The position numbers and the translations under genes are program-made. This document shows positions 17,358 to 26,840 of a stretch of 27,617 bases of DNA, piece after piece. The notes beneath the pieces were generated by a model that saw nothing but the letters and a program-made list of their open reading frames with translations, made no database searches and was not told the DNA's origin. Origin of the DNA: Bacillota bacterium (GTDB taxonomy: Bacteria > Bacillota > Bacilli > Alicyclobacillales > SLC66); assembly GCA_021799325.1 (NCBI GenBank), contig JAJZAS010000001.1, positions 1 to 27,617 of the forward strand. The letters are read 5' to 3'. The first letter of the stretch is position 1. The number at the start of each line of letters is the position of its first letter.

Positions 17358-18536
17358 ATGAAAGAAGCAGTGATCGTGGCGATGGGGCGAAGCGCGATCG
17401 GGAAGGCTGGCAAAGGCTCGCTGCGTCAAACCCGTCCGGACGATTACGGCGCCGCCGTACTGGAAGGCGTTTTGAAGCGCGCTGGACAATTGGACCCAGC
17501 ATTAATCGAGGATCTGATTATTGGATGCGCGACACCGGAAGCAGAGCAAGGGATGAACATGGCTCGCATTATTGCACTGCGCGCAGGATTGCCAACATCC
17601 GTTGCAGGGATGACGGTCAATCGCTTCTGCAGTTCCGGATTGCAGACGATTGCAATCGCCGCCCAGAGCATTCAGACGGGTATGAACGAAGTGCTGGTGG
17701 CAGGTGGCGTAGAAAGCATGAGCCGACTGCCGATGGGGGGATACAATATTTCTCCTAACCCATATTTGGCGGAAAATTACCCAGAATCATATATGTCTAT
17801 GGGTCATACGGCAGAAGAAGTGGCAAGGCGTTTTGAAATATCCCGCTCGGAACAGGACGAATTTGCGCTTCGCAGCCACCAACGCGCTGCAGCGGCGATT
17901 GAATCCGGGAAATTTAAAGAAGAAATCATTCCTTTTGAAGTGACCTTGTCCGATACGGATGAATCAGGGAAACCACGTGCTAAAAAGATGGTCTTTGATA
18001 CAGATGAGGGAGTCCGCAAGGACACTTCTCTTGAAGCGTTGGCCAAATTAAAGCCTGCCTTCAGCGTGACAGGAACGGTAACCGCTGGTAACTCATCGCA
18101 AACCAGTGACGGAGCTGCGGCGCTAGTAATGATGTCAGCGGATCGCGCGGCAAAAGAAGGACTTAAGCCACTCGGTGTGTTTCGTTCCTTTGCGGTAGCT
18201 GGCGTGGACCCAGACATTATGGGGGTCGGTCCAGTAGCGGCTGTGCCGAAAGCACTGGAAAAGGCCGGTCTTACCATCGATGATATGGACCTCATTGAAT
18301 TGAACGAGGCGTTTGCCTCGCAATCACTTTATGTCATCCGGGAACTGGGCATGAATCCGGAAAAAGTGAACGTAAGTGGCGGTGCCATTGCGCTTGGTCA
18401 TCCACTTGGATGCACAGGTTCCAGGCAAACCGTCACGCTGCTCCACGAACTTGCTCGCCGCAATGGACGCTATGGGCTAGTCACCATGTGTATCGGCGGC
18501 GGTATGGGTGCGGCTGGTGTGTTTGAACGCGTATAA
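17358..18536 (+). CDS. fadA: Acetyl-CoA C-acyltransferase (3-ketoacyl-CoA thiolase), 392 aa
   Basis: NRFCSSG (catalytic Cys), [21 protein letters not shown] 17358 follows SD GAGGAGG. Confidence 0.95.
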   Translation: MKEAVIVAMGRSAIGKAGKGSLRQTRPDDYGAAVLEGVLKRAGQLDPALIEDLIIGCATPEAEQGMNMARIIALRAGLPTSVAGMTVNRFCSSGLQTIAIAAQSIQTGMNEVLVAGGVESMSRLPMGGYNISPNPYLAENYPESYMSMGHTAEEVARRFEISRSEQDEFALRSHQRAAAAIESGKFKEEIIPFEVTLSDTDESGKPRAKKMVFDTDEGVRKDTSLEALAKLKPAFSVTGTVTAGNSSQTSDGAAALVMMSADRAAKEGLKPLGVFRSFAVAGVDPDIMGVGPVAAVPKALEKAGLTIDDMDLIELNEAFASQSLYVIRELGMNPEKVNVSGGAIALGHPLGCTGSRQTVTLLHELARRNGRYGLVTMCIGGGMGAAGVFERV

Positions 18537-18578
18537 TCAAGGGATGAGAACCCTGATATTGAGAGGAGATAGACGATA

Positions 18579-20351
18579 ATGAGTGAACAAAGGGAATACG
18601 GTGCTGCGTTTTTTGTCAAAGCGACCACACCGGATCTGGTTTTTACACCAGAAGAGTTCAATGACGAGCACAAGATGATTGCCAAAACTACGCTGGATTT
18701 TGTGCAAGGGGAAGTGCTCCCAGTTGGTGAGCAACTCGAGCATCAGGATTGGGACCTTACGGTTAAATTGATGAAAAAAGCGGGCGACCTTGGACTTCTC
18801 GCAGCTGATGTGCCGGAAGCTTATGAAGGACTTGGCATGGATAAAGTCAGTTCAGCACTGATAACGGAATACCTCACACGCGGTGGTTCCTTTGCACTGT
18901 CGCAAGGCGCACACGTGGGGATTGGAACGTTGCCGATTGTGTTTTTTGGTAATGAAGCGCAAAAGAAAAAATACCTTCCTGATCTGTCATCTGGCAGAAA
19001 ATTTGCTGCCTATGCACTGACCGAACCTGGTTCCGGTTCTGATGCGCTCGGCGCGAGAACTACGGCCAAACTTTCTGAAGACGGGAAGTACTATGTACTC
19101 AACGGAACGAAGCAATATATCACCAACTCTGCTTTTGCAGACGTGTTCATCGTCTACGCGAAGATCGACGGTGAGCATTTCTCAGCGTTTATTGTGGAAC
19201 GAGATACTCCAGGACTCTCGACAGGCCCTGAAGAAAAGAAAATGGGCATCAAGGCTTCTTCCACTCGTCCGCTCATTTTGGAAGACGTGAAAGTGCCTGT
19301 TGAAAATCTGCTCGGTGAAGCCGGAAAAGGCCATCAAATTGCCTTTAACATCCTGAATATTGGCAGATACAAATTGGCAGTTGGTTGTGTTGGTGGTTCG
19401 AAAGCCGCCATCGAGGCATCGGTGACCTACGCAAAAACAAGGGAACAATTTAAGCAACCGATTTTCAACTTCCCGCTCATGCAATCGAAGATTGCGGACA
19501 TGGCCGCACGCACCTATATTGCAGAGAGCGCTGTTTACCGCACGACTGGTGCAATTGACAAAGCACTTTCTGAACTCGATCTTAGCGGCGAATATTCTGG
19601 TTCTGAATCGGCGAAAGCGATCAGTGAGTTTGCGATCGAATGTTCGATCAATAAGGTCCTTGGTTCTGAAGTGCTTGATTTTGTGGTCGATCAAGGTGTT
19701 CAAATTCACGGTGGCGCTGGGTTTATTCAAGATTATCCAATCGAACGGATGTATCGTGATTCCCGGATCAACCGCATTTTTGAAGGTACCAACGAAATTA
19801 ATCGCCTGCTGATTCCCGGCACCTTAATGAGAAAAGCCATGAAAGGCGAAGTGGCACTGCTTCAAGCCGCTCAGGCACTGCAAGGCGAACTGATGGGCAT
19901 GATCGAACCAGCAGACGAATCGGCGGTACTTGGCCGCGAAGCGTATGCCGTAGAAATGACGCGCAAATTGATTTTGCTTGTCGGCGGAATGGCCGTTCAG
20001 AAATATGGCACCAAACTCGATCAAGAGCAAGAACTCCTCTCGAATATGGCAGATATGGCCATTTACCTGTACGGAATGGAGAGCGGTCTGGTGCGCGCAC
20101 AAAAAGCGATAGCAAGCGGTGCTGCTAATGCGGAATTGCAAGCTGACTACGTGCGTCTCTATGTTGCGGAAACCTTCCCGCTCGTGGAACAATTTGCAAA
20201 AGACTCTGTTGGCGCGATGGAAGAGGGAGACACGCTACGCACCACCCTTTCTGTAGTCAAGAAACTGACAAGGTACACCGCACCTAATACAGTGACGCTC
20301 AAACGCAGCATCGCAAAGCGTCTTGGTGACGCAGAAAAATACCTGGCGTAA
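18579..20351 (+). CDS. fadE: Acyl-CoA dehydrogenase (long, FadE type), 590 aa
   Basis: YALTEPGSGSDA, LNGTKQYITN, KKMGIKASST, QIHGGAGFI, RIFEGTNEI. Confidence 0.93.
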   Translation: MSEQREYGAAFFVKATTPDLVFTPEEFNDEHKMIAKTTLDFVQGEVLPVGEQLEHQDWDLTVKLMKKAGDLGLLAADVPEAYEGLGMDKVSSALITEYLTRGGSFALSQGAHVGIGTLPIVFFGNEAQKKKYLPDLSSGRKFAAYALTEPGSGSDALGARTTAKLSEDGKYYVLNGTKQYITNSAFADVFIVYAKIDGEHFSAFIVERDTPGLSTGPEEKKMGIKASSTRPLILEDVKVPVENLLGEAGKGHQIAFNILNIGRYKLAVGCVGGSKAAIEASVTYAKTREQFKQPIFNFPLMQSKIADMAARTYIAESAVYRTTGAIDKALSELDLSGEYSGSESAKAISEFAIECSINKVLGSEVLDFVVDQGVQIHGGAGFIQDYPIERMYRDSRINRIFEGTNEINRLLIPGTLMRKAMKGEVALLQAAQALQGELMGMIEPADESAVLGREAYAVEMTRKLILLVGGMAVQKYGTKLDQEQELLSNMADMAIYLYGMESGLVRAQKAIASGAANAELQADYVRLYVAETFPLVEQFAKDSVGAMEEGDTLRTTLSVVKKLTRYTAPNTVTLKRSIAKRLGDAEKYLA

Positions 20352-20367
20352 TCAATAGCAATCAAAT

Positions 20368-20410
20368 AAACAGGGTTTGAGACTAAAATGATCTCAAGCC
20401 CTGTTTTTTT
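20368..20410 (+). terminator. Rho-independent terminator, probably bidirectional, between fadE and the LysM-3D gene
   Basis: AAACAGGGTTTGAGA (20368-20382) pairs with TCTCAAGCCCTGTTT (20392-20406) using one G-U pair. A T-run follows and an A-rich tract precedes. Confidence 0.85.
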
Positions 20411-21323
20411 ATGCGTTTTTTTGGTGACCCCTCATCATGGAATGGATGAGCGGCAACCAGACTTTCTGTTCGACAGTCACATCGAATGCAGACATCACAT
20501 CGATAGATTGGGAATGCATTAGTGTTGTGTGACTAGGTATCGGTGATGTGTAACGAAAGGCGGAATCGGATTTTTGCAACGTCGAAATGAACACCCTGTA
20601 TTTTCTGCTCAAATTACTCGGTCCCGCTACATTTTGTGGAGTGTTCCTCTTTGTATGATGAGATAATCCAGGATGTAAAAGTGTGTTGCGCAAAATAGGA
20701 AATTCTCCACGAAACATGATATCCTTTTTAGGGAGCAAATAAATAATGACATTTCTCTTGACGCCAAACTTTAACGCAGTCTGAACCTGGTTGTAAAAGA
20801 CATCGATCCGATTCCCAATGATCGCTCCTCCGGTATCATCTGCAATGCGAACGCCGAGTCCCGGGATGTAGACTGGGGTTCCATAAGGAATGACCTGTGG
20901 ATCTACCGCGATGGACAGTCCTTGAACGGCTTTTTGGCCAGTGGAAGTAACATCATAACCGGGTTGACCAGGCATTTTGCCGGTGGACTCGTAGCCTGCC
21001 GTATAGGCCGTCAACGTGCAGATCATCGCTTTGGCAGTCTTCGGTAACGCAGAGGGTCTGTTGGGAATTTTCAAACGCTCACCTACGTAAATCATGTCAG
21101 GGTTAATCAACTGATTTAAGCTTGCAATATTTTGTACGGTGGTGTGAAAAGCGCTGGCAATGGCGGACAATGTATCTCCGCTTTGTACGGTGTAAATGGC
21201 AGTTGGTGATGATACACTTGTCAATGGGTTCTCGTTTTTGCCTATGGCTACTTTTATGGAATAACTGCCGAGTGCAAGAAATACAAGCGCGATCATGAAT
21301 AAAAGGTGACGCTTGAATCTCAT
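20409..21323 (-). CDS. Secreted LysM + 3D-domain cell-wall protein (YocH-like lytic transglycosylase family), 304 aa
   Basis: Signal peptide, LysM ([13 protein letters not shown]...[14 protein letters not shown]) and 3D domain (TAYT...[10 protein letters not shown]...DDTGGAI..NRIDVF). Start moved to ATG 21323, after SD AGGAAAGGAG. Confidence 0.88.
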   Translation of the reverse strand: MRFKRHLLFMIALVFLALGSYSIKVAIGKNENPLTSVSSPTAIYTVQSGDTLSAIASAFHTTVQNIASLNQLINPDMIYVGERLKIPNRPSALPKTAKAMICTLTAYTAGYESTGKMPGQPGYDVTSTGQKAVQGLSIAVDPQVIPYGTPVYIPGLGVRIADDTGGAIIGNRIDVFYNQVQTALKFGVKRNVIIYLLPKKDIMFRGEFPILRNTLLHPGLSHHTKRNTPQNVAGPSNLSRKYRVFISTLQKSDSAFRYTSPIPSHTTLMHSQSIDVMSAFDVTVEQKVWLPLIHSMMRGHQKNA

Positions 21324-21387
21324 AAGTTGGCTCCTTTCCTCATTTTCTTGGCAGTATTTACTAAATTGATAAATTGTAAACCTCATA

Positions 21388-21837
21388 GTGGATATTTTTT
21401 TGATGGGAGCGGTTATTTTGCATTTCAGTATCTTCATTGGACTTGTCATTTTGGTTATTTTGCTAGTGATCGGTTGGGGGGCCTTGCGCTTTCACCGAAA
21501 AGGAGATTTTGCGTTTCGCATCAAAAAGTTGCAAAAAAGGACATCTGAACTGATTTCCAAAGTGATGGATTTTGAAAATGAGTCAGATTATTTCTCGCTT
21601 TATGAAAAAGCAGAGGAGAAGCGTTTGATTAAAGAAGTGGAGGCGGAAATGGGGGAAGTCAATGAAATGGCAGTCGATGTGAGTGAACATTTGGGAGCGT
21701 TGTTAAAGCGATCAAATAGTCTGTTTGATTTTTCCGACCTGTATGTGGATATAGGGATTCAGGAAGAAAAGTTGGAAAAAGCGGAGGCAACATATCAAGT
21801 GGCATCTGCTAAACTACAGAAGTTGCCCAAAATATAA
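21388..21837 (+). CDS. Hypothetical membrane-anchored, probable coiled-coil protein, 149 aa
   Basis: An N-terminal hydrophobic segment is followed by an E/K-rich helical region, and the ORF fills the gap. The start is uncertain (GTG 21388 or ATG 21403) because there is no clear SD. Confidence 0.65.
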   Translation: MDIFLMGAVILHFSIFIGLVILVILLVIGWGALRFHRKGDFAFRIKKLQKRTSELISKVMDFENESDYFSLYEKAEEKRLIKEVEAEMGEVNEMAVDVSEHLGALLKRSNSLFDFSDLYVDIGIQEEKLEKAEATYQVASAKLQKLPKI

Positions 21838-21847
21838 GTAGGCAAGA

Positions 21848-21876
21848 ATGACTGGTTGAATCGAAGGGTTTATGAT
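21848..21876 (+). promoter_or_regulatory. Candidate sigma-A promoter for tetR-icmF (-35 ATGACT, 17 nt spacer, -10 TATGAT)
   Basis: ATGACT at 21848-21853 and TATGAT at 21871-21876 have exact 17-nt spacing. Confidence 0.55.
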
Positions 21877-21885
21877 AAGATAAAT

Positions 21886-21901
21886 TTGACTGAGCGCTCG
21901 A
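21886..21901. promoter_or_regulatory. Candidate autoregulatory operator TTGACTGAGCGCTCGA just downstream of the predicted transcription start
   Basis: 12/16 identity to the reverse complement of the fadN-upstream palindrome, with an internal palindrome GAGCGCTC. Confidence 0.45.
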
Positions 21902-21921
21902 TCGGCAAAGGAGGAGAACCT

Positions 21922-22554
21922 TTGAGCGGAATGGGACCAATTTCAACACCGGTAAAGGACCCTGAACTGGTTCGTGTCCGTCGCGAGCAGATTGTGATGG
22001 CGGCAACGAAGCTTTTTGCTGAAAAAGGTTATCACAAAACCACCACGCGGGAAATCGCGCGCGAAAGCGGATTGGGGACCGGCACTTTATATGAATACGT
22101 CAATTCAAAAGAAGATATTTTGTACCTGGTTTGTGACATGATTCATACGCAGGTGGAGGATAGACTGCGGATGGTCACTTCACAAGGCAACACGGTCGTA
22201 GAGAGAATGCCGCTGATTTTCAATGGCTTCTTTCGAGTGATGGATGAATTGCAGGAATGGGTTCTGCTTATCTATCAGGAAACCAAGTCGTTGCCGGGAA
22301 ATTACATGGAATATGTGCTCGCAAGAGAAGAGAGGATTACAGAGTTTTTTGCGGATTTGCTCCGCGCCGGAATTGAGGATGGTTCGTTTGTCATTGAGCC
22401 GGAGGTGGTTTCTTTAATGGCTCATAATATTGTGGTTTTAGGTCAAATGTGGGCGTTCCGGCGTTGGTCGCTACAAAGGAAGTATTCCTTAGAGACCTTC
22501 ATTGAAACGCAAACTTCCTTACTGATGAGAGAACTTGTCGCACAGGAAAGATAG
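21922..22554 (+). CDS. TetR/AcrR-family transcriptional regulator of the type found next to icmF, about 210 aa
   Basis: [54 protein letters not shown] 21922 lies 7 nt after SD AAGGAGG; ATG 21931 is an alternative start. Confidence 0.92.
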   Translation: MSGMGPISTPVKDPELVRVRREQIVMAATKLFAEKGYHKTTTREIARESGLGTGTLYEYVNSKEDILYLVCDMIHTQVEDRLRMVTSQGNTVVERMPLIFNGFFRVMDELQEWVLLIYQETKSLPGNYMEYVLAREERITEFFADLLRAGIEDGSFVIEPEVVSLMAHNIVVLGQMWAFRRWSLQRKYSLETFIETQTSLLMRELVAQER

Positions 22555-22579
22555 ACCAGGAACGAGAAGGAGGATTTAT

Positions 22580-25500
22580 ATGGAAACTGAACGATATCTG
22601 CCTCAACATCAAGTTCGTTTTGTTACGGCAGCGAGTTTATTTGACGGTCATGATGCATCTATCAATATTTTTCGCCGCTTATTGCAGGCGAGCGGCGCTG
22701 AAGTGATTCATTTGGGACATAACAGGTCCGTAAAAGAAATTGTCGATGCGGCCATCATGGAAGATGCGCAGGCGATTGCGATTAGTTCCTATCAAGGCGG
22801 ACACATGGAGTTTTTCAAATACATGGTGGATATGCTAAAAGATCGCGGCGCAGGCCATATCCGTGTGTTTGGCGGTGGCGGAGGTGTCATCGTACCTCGC
22901 GAAATTGAGGAGTTGCACGCATATGGGGTGGCACGCATCTACTCGCCTGACGATGGCCGGGCGTTGGGGCTACAAGGCATGATCAACGACATGTTGAGAA
23001 AGTCCGACTGGCCGACTCCCAAGGCGCGCGCCGCCGCTTTTTTGGAAGGTAATGAAAAGTTGGAAAAAGACGATACCTTGACCATTGCCGAACTGATCAG
23101 TCTGGTAGAAGAGAATGTGGGCGATCGGAAGGCATCGGCAAGTGTGCTAGAAAAAGTGAAGCAAGAAAAACAACCAGACAGTGTCATCGTAGGCATGACT
23201 GGTACAGGTGGCGCGGGGAAAAGTTCGTTAACCGATGAGCTAGTCAGGCGCTTTTTGCGCGATTTTAAGGACAAATCGGTCGCTATCCTTTCGGTGGATC
23301 CTTCCCGGCAAAAAAGTGGTGGCGCACTGCTTGGCGATCGCATTCGCATGAATGCGATCCACGATGATCGCGTGTATATGCGTTCGCTTGCAACGAGGAA
23401 GTCGCATTCAGAACTGTCACTCGCGATTCAGGATGCCATACAGGTCGTGAGAGCAGCGGGTTTTGATCTGATTCTCGTCGAAACAAGCGGGATTGGCCAA
23501 GGAGATGCCGCTGTTTCAGAGATCGCAGATGTCAGCGTCTACGTCATGACAGCAGAATTTGGCGCACCATCGCAACTCGAAAAAATAGACATGCTTGATT
23601 ACGCAGATCTCGTCGCGATCAATAAATTTGACCGCAAAGGTGCGAACGATGCACTGCGACACGTGCAAAAACAAATTCAGCGCAACTTCAACCGTTTTCA
23701 CGAACCGCTTGATGCGATGCCTGTCTATGGTACGATCGCGAGCCAATTCAACGATATTGGCACCAATTCGCTATACTTGGCACTGATTGGTGCCATCAAT
23801 GAGAAAAAAACTTTTTCGTGGCAAAGTAGGTTATCCCTCGTGACAGGAATCCCCACGCGTACCTCGTTGATACCTGGTGATCGGGTGCACTATCTGCTGG
23901 ATATCGTGCAGAAAGTGAGAGGCTATCGCGCAGAGGTCGAAGAACAAGCCACGTTTGCACGAACGCTGTTTCAACTGGAAGGCGCAAAGGCCGCATTGCA
24001 GGAAGATGGGGAGACGACACTTGCTGCCATTGATCGTAAAATGGAGACCATCAAATCCCGGTTAAGGCCAAAATCGCTCTCGGACATTGCTGAATATGCG
24101 GAAGTCGTGAGCCGTTACCGGGCGAAAGAATTGGTGACGGTCACGCGCGGAAAAGAGCAGCGTCAACCGCTTTATCACAAATCTCTCTCAGGACTGGACA
24201 TTCCCAAAGTGGCAGTGCCAACACTCCACGATTATGGCGATATCGTGCGTTACATGGGGCTTGAGAATGTGCCAGGATCATTTCCCTATACAGCTGGCGT
24301 ATTTCCGCTAAAACGCACGGAAGAAGAACCTCGACGTCAATTTGCGGGGGAAGGGACACCAGAGCGCACGAATCGAAGGTTTCACTTTTTATCTAAAGAA
24401 GATAAGGCGAAACGTTTATCTACTGCATTTGACAGTGTCACGTTATACGGAGAAGATCCTGCGGAAAGACCGGATATTTACGGAAAAGTAGGGGAGAGCG
24501 GCGTCTCCATCTGCACCCTTGAAGATATGGAAAAGCTATATGCAGGGTTTGATCTCATCGATCCGAATACCTCTGTGTCCATGACGATCAACGGACCCGC
24601 ACCCATGATCCTTGCAATGTATTTAAATACAGCGATCAATCAGCAGGTCCGGGAAAAAGAAAGCGAACTGGGACGGTCATTAACGGATAGTGAACTGGTA
24701 GGTGTGAAAGAACAAACGCTACAGGTGGTCAGAGGCACGGTTCAAGCCGATATATTGAAAGAAGACCAGGGGCAGAATACATGCATTTTTTCAACTGAAT
24801 TTGCCCTGCGCCTGATGGGAGACATTCAGGAATACTTTATCCAACACAAGATGAGGAACTACTACTCTGTTTCGATTAGCGGATACCACATCGCGGAAGC
24901 AGGGGCCAATCCCATTACGCAACTGGCGTTTACGCTTGCCAATGCGTTTACCTATGTGGAGTATTACCTTAGTCGCGGCATGAACATTGACGACTTTGCG
25001 CCAAATCTGTCCTTCTTTTTCAGCAATGGGATGGATCCAGAATACACTGTGATGGGTCGCGTGGCACGCCGTATCTGGTCGGTCGTGATCAAACACCTGT
25101 ATAGCGGAAATGAACGCAGCCAAAAATTGAAATATCATATTCAAACCTCAGGAAGGTCATTGCACGCGCAGGAAGTCGATTTCAACGACATTCGTACTAC
25201 CCTCCAGGCACTCCTCGCGATCTATGACAATACGAATTCACTTCACACGAATGCTTATGACGAGGCGATTACCACGCCTACAGAGGGCTCGGTGAGAAGG
25301 GCCATGGCCATCCAGATGATCATTAATCGAGAATTTGGCCTGACAAAAAATGAAAATCCGATCCAGGGTGCTTACATTGTCGAGGAATTGACAGACTTGG
25401 TTGAGCAGGCAGTGCTTGAAGAATTCCTTCGTTTGCATGAACGGGGTGGGGTGCTGGGTGCTATGGAACTGCAGTATCAGCGTGGCAAAATTCAGGAAGA

Positions 25501-25840
25501 GTCGCTTTATTACGAAACCCTCAAGCATTCAGGAGAACTGCCGATCATCGGCGTCAACACGTTTATCAATCCACTTACGCTTCAAGAAGACTATCAACCA
25601 CCGGAACTCGAGCTTGCGAGGGCGACAAAGGAAGAAAAAGAACAGCAGATCACCTCTCTCAGGCAGTTTCAGTCCATGCACCAAGATGAAGCAAAGAGTG
25701 CGCTTGAACGCTTGAAACACGTGGCAGAAAGTGATGGCAATGTGTTTGCAGAATTGATGGAAACGGTGAAAGTGGCAAGCCTTGGCCAAATAACCGCAGC
25801 GCTTTATGAAGTGGGAGGCCAATATCGTCGCAATATGTAA
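22580..25840 (+). CDS. icmF: Fused isobutyryl-CoA mutase / G-protein chaperone (AdoCbl-dependent), 1086 aa
   Basis: N-terminal B12-binding domain ([14 protein letters not shown]), MeaB-like GTPase ([20 protein letters not shown]) and mutase domain ([41 protein letters not shown]). ATG 22580 follows SD AAGGAGG. Confidence 0.96.
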   Translation: METERYLPQHQVRFVTAASLFDGHDASINIFRRLLQASGAEVIHLGHNRSVKEIVDAAIMEDAQAIAISSYQGGHMEFFKYMVDMLKDRGAGHIRVFGGGGGVIVPREIEELHAYGVARIYSPDDGRALGLQGMINDMLRKSDWPTPKARAAAFLEGNEKLEKDDTLTIAELISLVEENVGDRKASASVLEKVKQEKQPDSVIVGMTGTGGAGKSSLTDELVRRFLRDFKDKSVAILSVDPSRQKSGGALLGDRIRMNAIHDDRVYMRSLATRKSHSELSLAIQDAIQVVRAAGFDLILVETSGIGQGDAAVSEIADVSVYVMTAEFGAPSQLEKIDMLDYADLVAINKFDRKGANDALRHVQKQIQRNFNRFHEPLDAMPVYGTIASQFNDIGTNSLYLALIGAINEKKTFSWQSRLSLVTGIPTRTSLIPGDRVHYLLDIVQKVRGYRAEVEEQATFARTLFQLEGAKAALQEDGETTLAAIDRKMETIKSRLRPKSLSDIAEYAEVVSRYRAKELVTVTRGKEQRQPLYHKSLSGLDIPKVAVPTLHDYGDIVRYMGLENVPGSFPYTAGVFPLKRTEEEPRRQFAGEGTPERTNRRFHFLSKEDKAKRLSTAFDSVTLYGEDPAERPDIYGKVGESGVSICTLEDMEKLYAGFDLIDPNTSVSMTINGPAPMILAMYLNTAINQQVREKESELGRSLTDSELVGVKEQTLQVVRGTVQADILKEDQGQNTCIFSTEFALRLMGDIQEYFIQHKMRNYYSVSISGYHIAEAGANPITQLAFTLANAFTYVEYYLSRGMNIDDFAPNLSFFFSNGMDPEYTVMGRVARRIWSVVIKHLYSGNERSQKLKYHIQTSGRSLHAQEVDFNDIRTTLQALLAIYDNTNSLHTNAYDEAITTPTEGSVRRAMAIQMIINREFGLTKNENPIQGAYIVEELTDLVEQAVLEEFLRLHERGGVLGAMELQYQRGKIQEESLYYETLKHSGELPIIGVNTFINPLTLQEDYQPPELELARATKEEKEQQITSLRQFQSMHQDEAKSALERLKHVAESDGNVFAELMETVKVASLGQITAALYEVGGQYRRNM

Positions 25841-25886
25841 TTATGGTACAATACGGGCGAAACGGATTCTAGGAGGAATTTGATAG

Positions 25887-26726
25887 ATGTCTCTCTTGCA
25901 GACACTGATTTTCGCCCTTGTACAAGGCATTACGGAATTATTCCCCATCAGCAGTGTGGGCCATGGGGTTTTAATTCCGTTTCTTTTTCACTGGCCCAAT
26001 ATTCAGTCGAGCCCTACTTTTTTACCTTATATCGTCATGCTGCATGTGGGGACCGCTGTGGCGCTGCTCATCTTTTTTATCGTGGACTGGCTGGTGTTTT
26101 TGCGTGCCGTATTTGTCCCTTCAAAGGCACCGAGCAAGCGTGAAGCTAAGATGGCAAGAAAAGAGTTTTTTCTGATCATAGTCGCCACGATTCCAGCAGT
26201 GATTTTGGGAGGGCTGTTTACTCACAAATTCGAAACACTGTTTGGGAATCCCCGCATCGCCATGATCTTTTTGATTGTCAACGGCATCATCTTGCTTTAC
26301 GGAGACCGTTTAATGAAGCGAGCAGGGAGAAAAGAATCCCACGATTTATCCTATGGACAAGCCTTTATCATCGGCATTTTGCAGTCATTTGCCCTGATAC
26401 CGGGATTTTCAAGATCAGGGATGTCCATGATTGGAGGACTTGTTTACGGCCTTCGCTACGAGGCGGCGGCAAGGTTCAGTTTTTTGCTTGCGACACCGAT
26501 CATTCTCGGAGCAGCCGTAAAGGAACTGCCCAAGCTCCATCATGCGGCTCATGGTATGTTAACCATGGCGCTTATTGGTGGTCTCGTTGCGGGGATTGCC
26601 GCACTTTTCAGTACTTGGTTTCTCATGCGTTATTTTAAAACCAGAGAAGTGAGGGCGCTTCGCCCGTTTGGGATTTATTGCTTGATTGTTGGGGTGGGAA
26701 CGTTAATTCTCAGCTTTTTCATATAA
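25887..26726 (+). CDS. uppP: Undecaprenyl-diphosphate phosphatase (UppP/BacA), 279 aa
   Basis: QGITELFPISSVGH and LIPGFSRSG motifs, multiple TM segments, SD AGGAGG. Confidence 0.93.
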   Translation: MSLLQTLIFALVQGITELFPISSVGHGVLIPFLFHWPNIQSSPTFLPYIVMLHVGTAVALLIFFIVDWLVFLRAVFVPSKAPSKREAKMARKEFFLIIVATIPAVILGGLFTHKFETLFGNPRIAMIFLIVNGIILLYGDRLMKRAGRKESHDLSYGQAFIIGILQSFALIPGFSRSGMSMIGGLVYGLRYEAAARFSFLLATPIILGAAVKELPKLHHAAHGMLTMALIGGLVAGIAALFSTWFLMRYFKTREVRALRPFGIYCLIVGVGTLILSFFI

Positions 26727-26761
26727 ATATCATCGCCAATATTTTGAAATGTGGATAAAAA

Positions 26762-26840
26762 TACTGCCTGATTGCAAACCTCTAACCAAGGGGGGATGAC
26801 ATGCGAACCTTGGTTTGGTTGAATTTGCGATCAGGCAGTA
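26762..26840 (+). promoter_or_regulatory. Long RNA hairpin enclosing the SD and start codon of the MFS gene, candidate translational control element
   Basis: TACTGCCTGAT-T-GCAAA (26762-26778) pairs with TTTGC-G-ATCAGGCAGTA (26824-26840). AACCAAGG (26784-26791) pairs with CCTTGGTT (26808-26815). Confidence 0.55.

Noticed and set aside
21361-21385. WalR box upstream of the LysM-3D autolysin
   Set aside because: Only one TGTAAA half-site is present, and there is no second half-site at the required 11-bp period.
21838-21921. Cobalamin riboswitch ahead of tetR-icmF
   Set aside because: The 84-nt gap is filled by the promoter, operator and SD. I saw no B12-box or room for the aptamer.
21856-21921. 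ORF-track N-terminal extension of the TetR (and similar extensions on pncB, ispH, galU, PLD, hinT, dat, fadN, fadA, LysM-3D and icmF)
   Set aside because: The longest-ORF starts lack SDs or overlap promoters or neighbouring genes. Downstream starts have clear SDs and match family N-termini.
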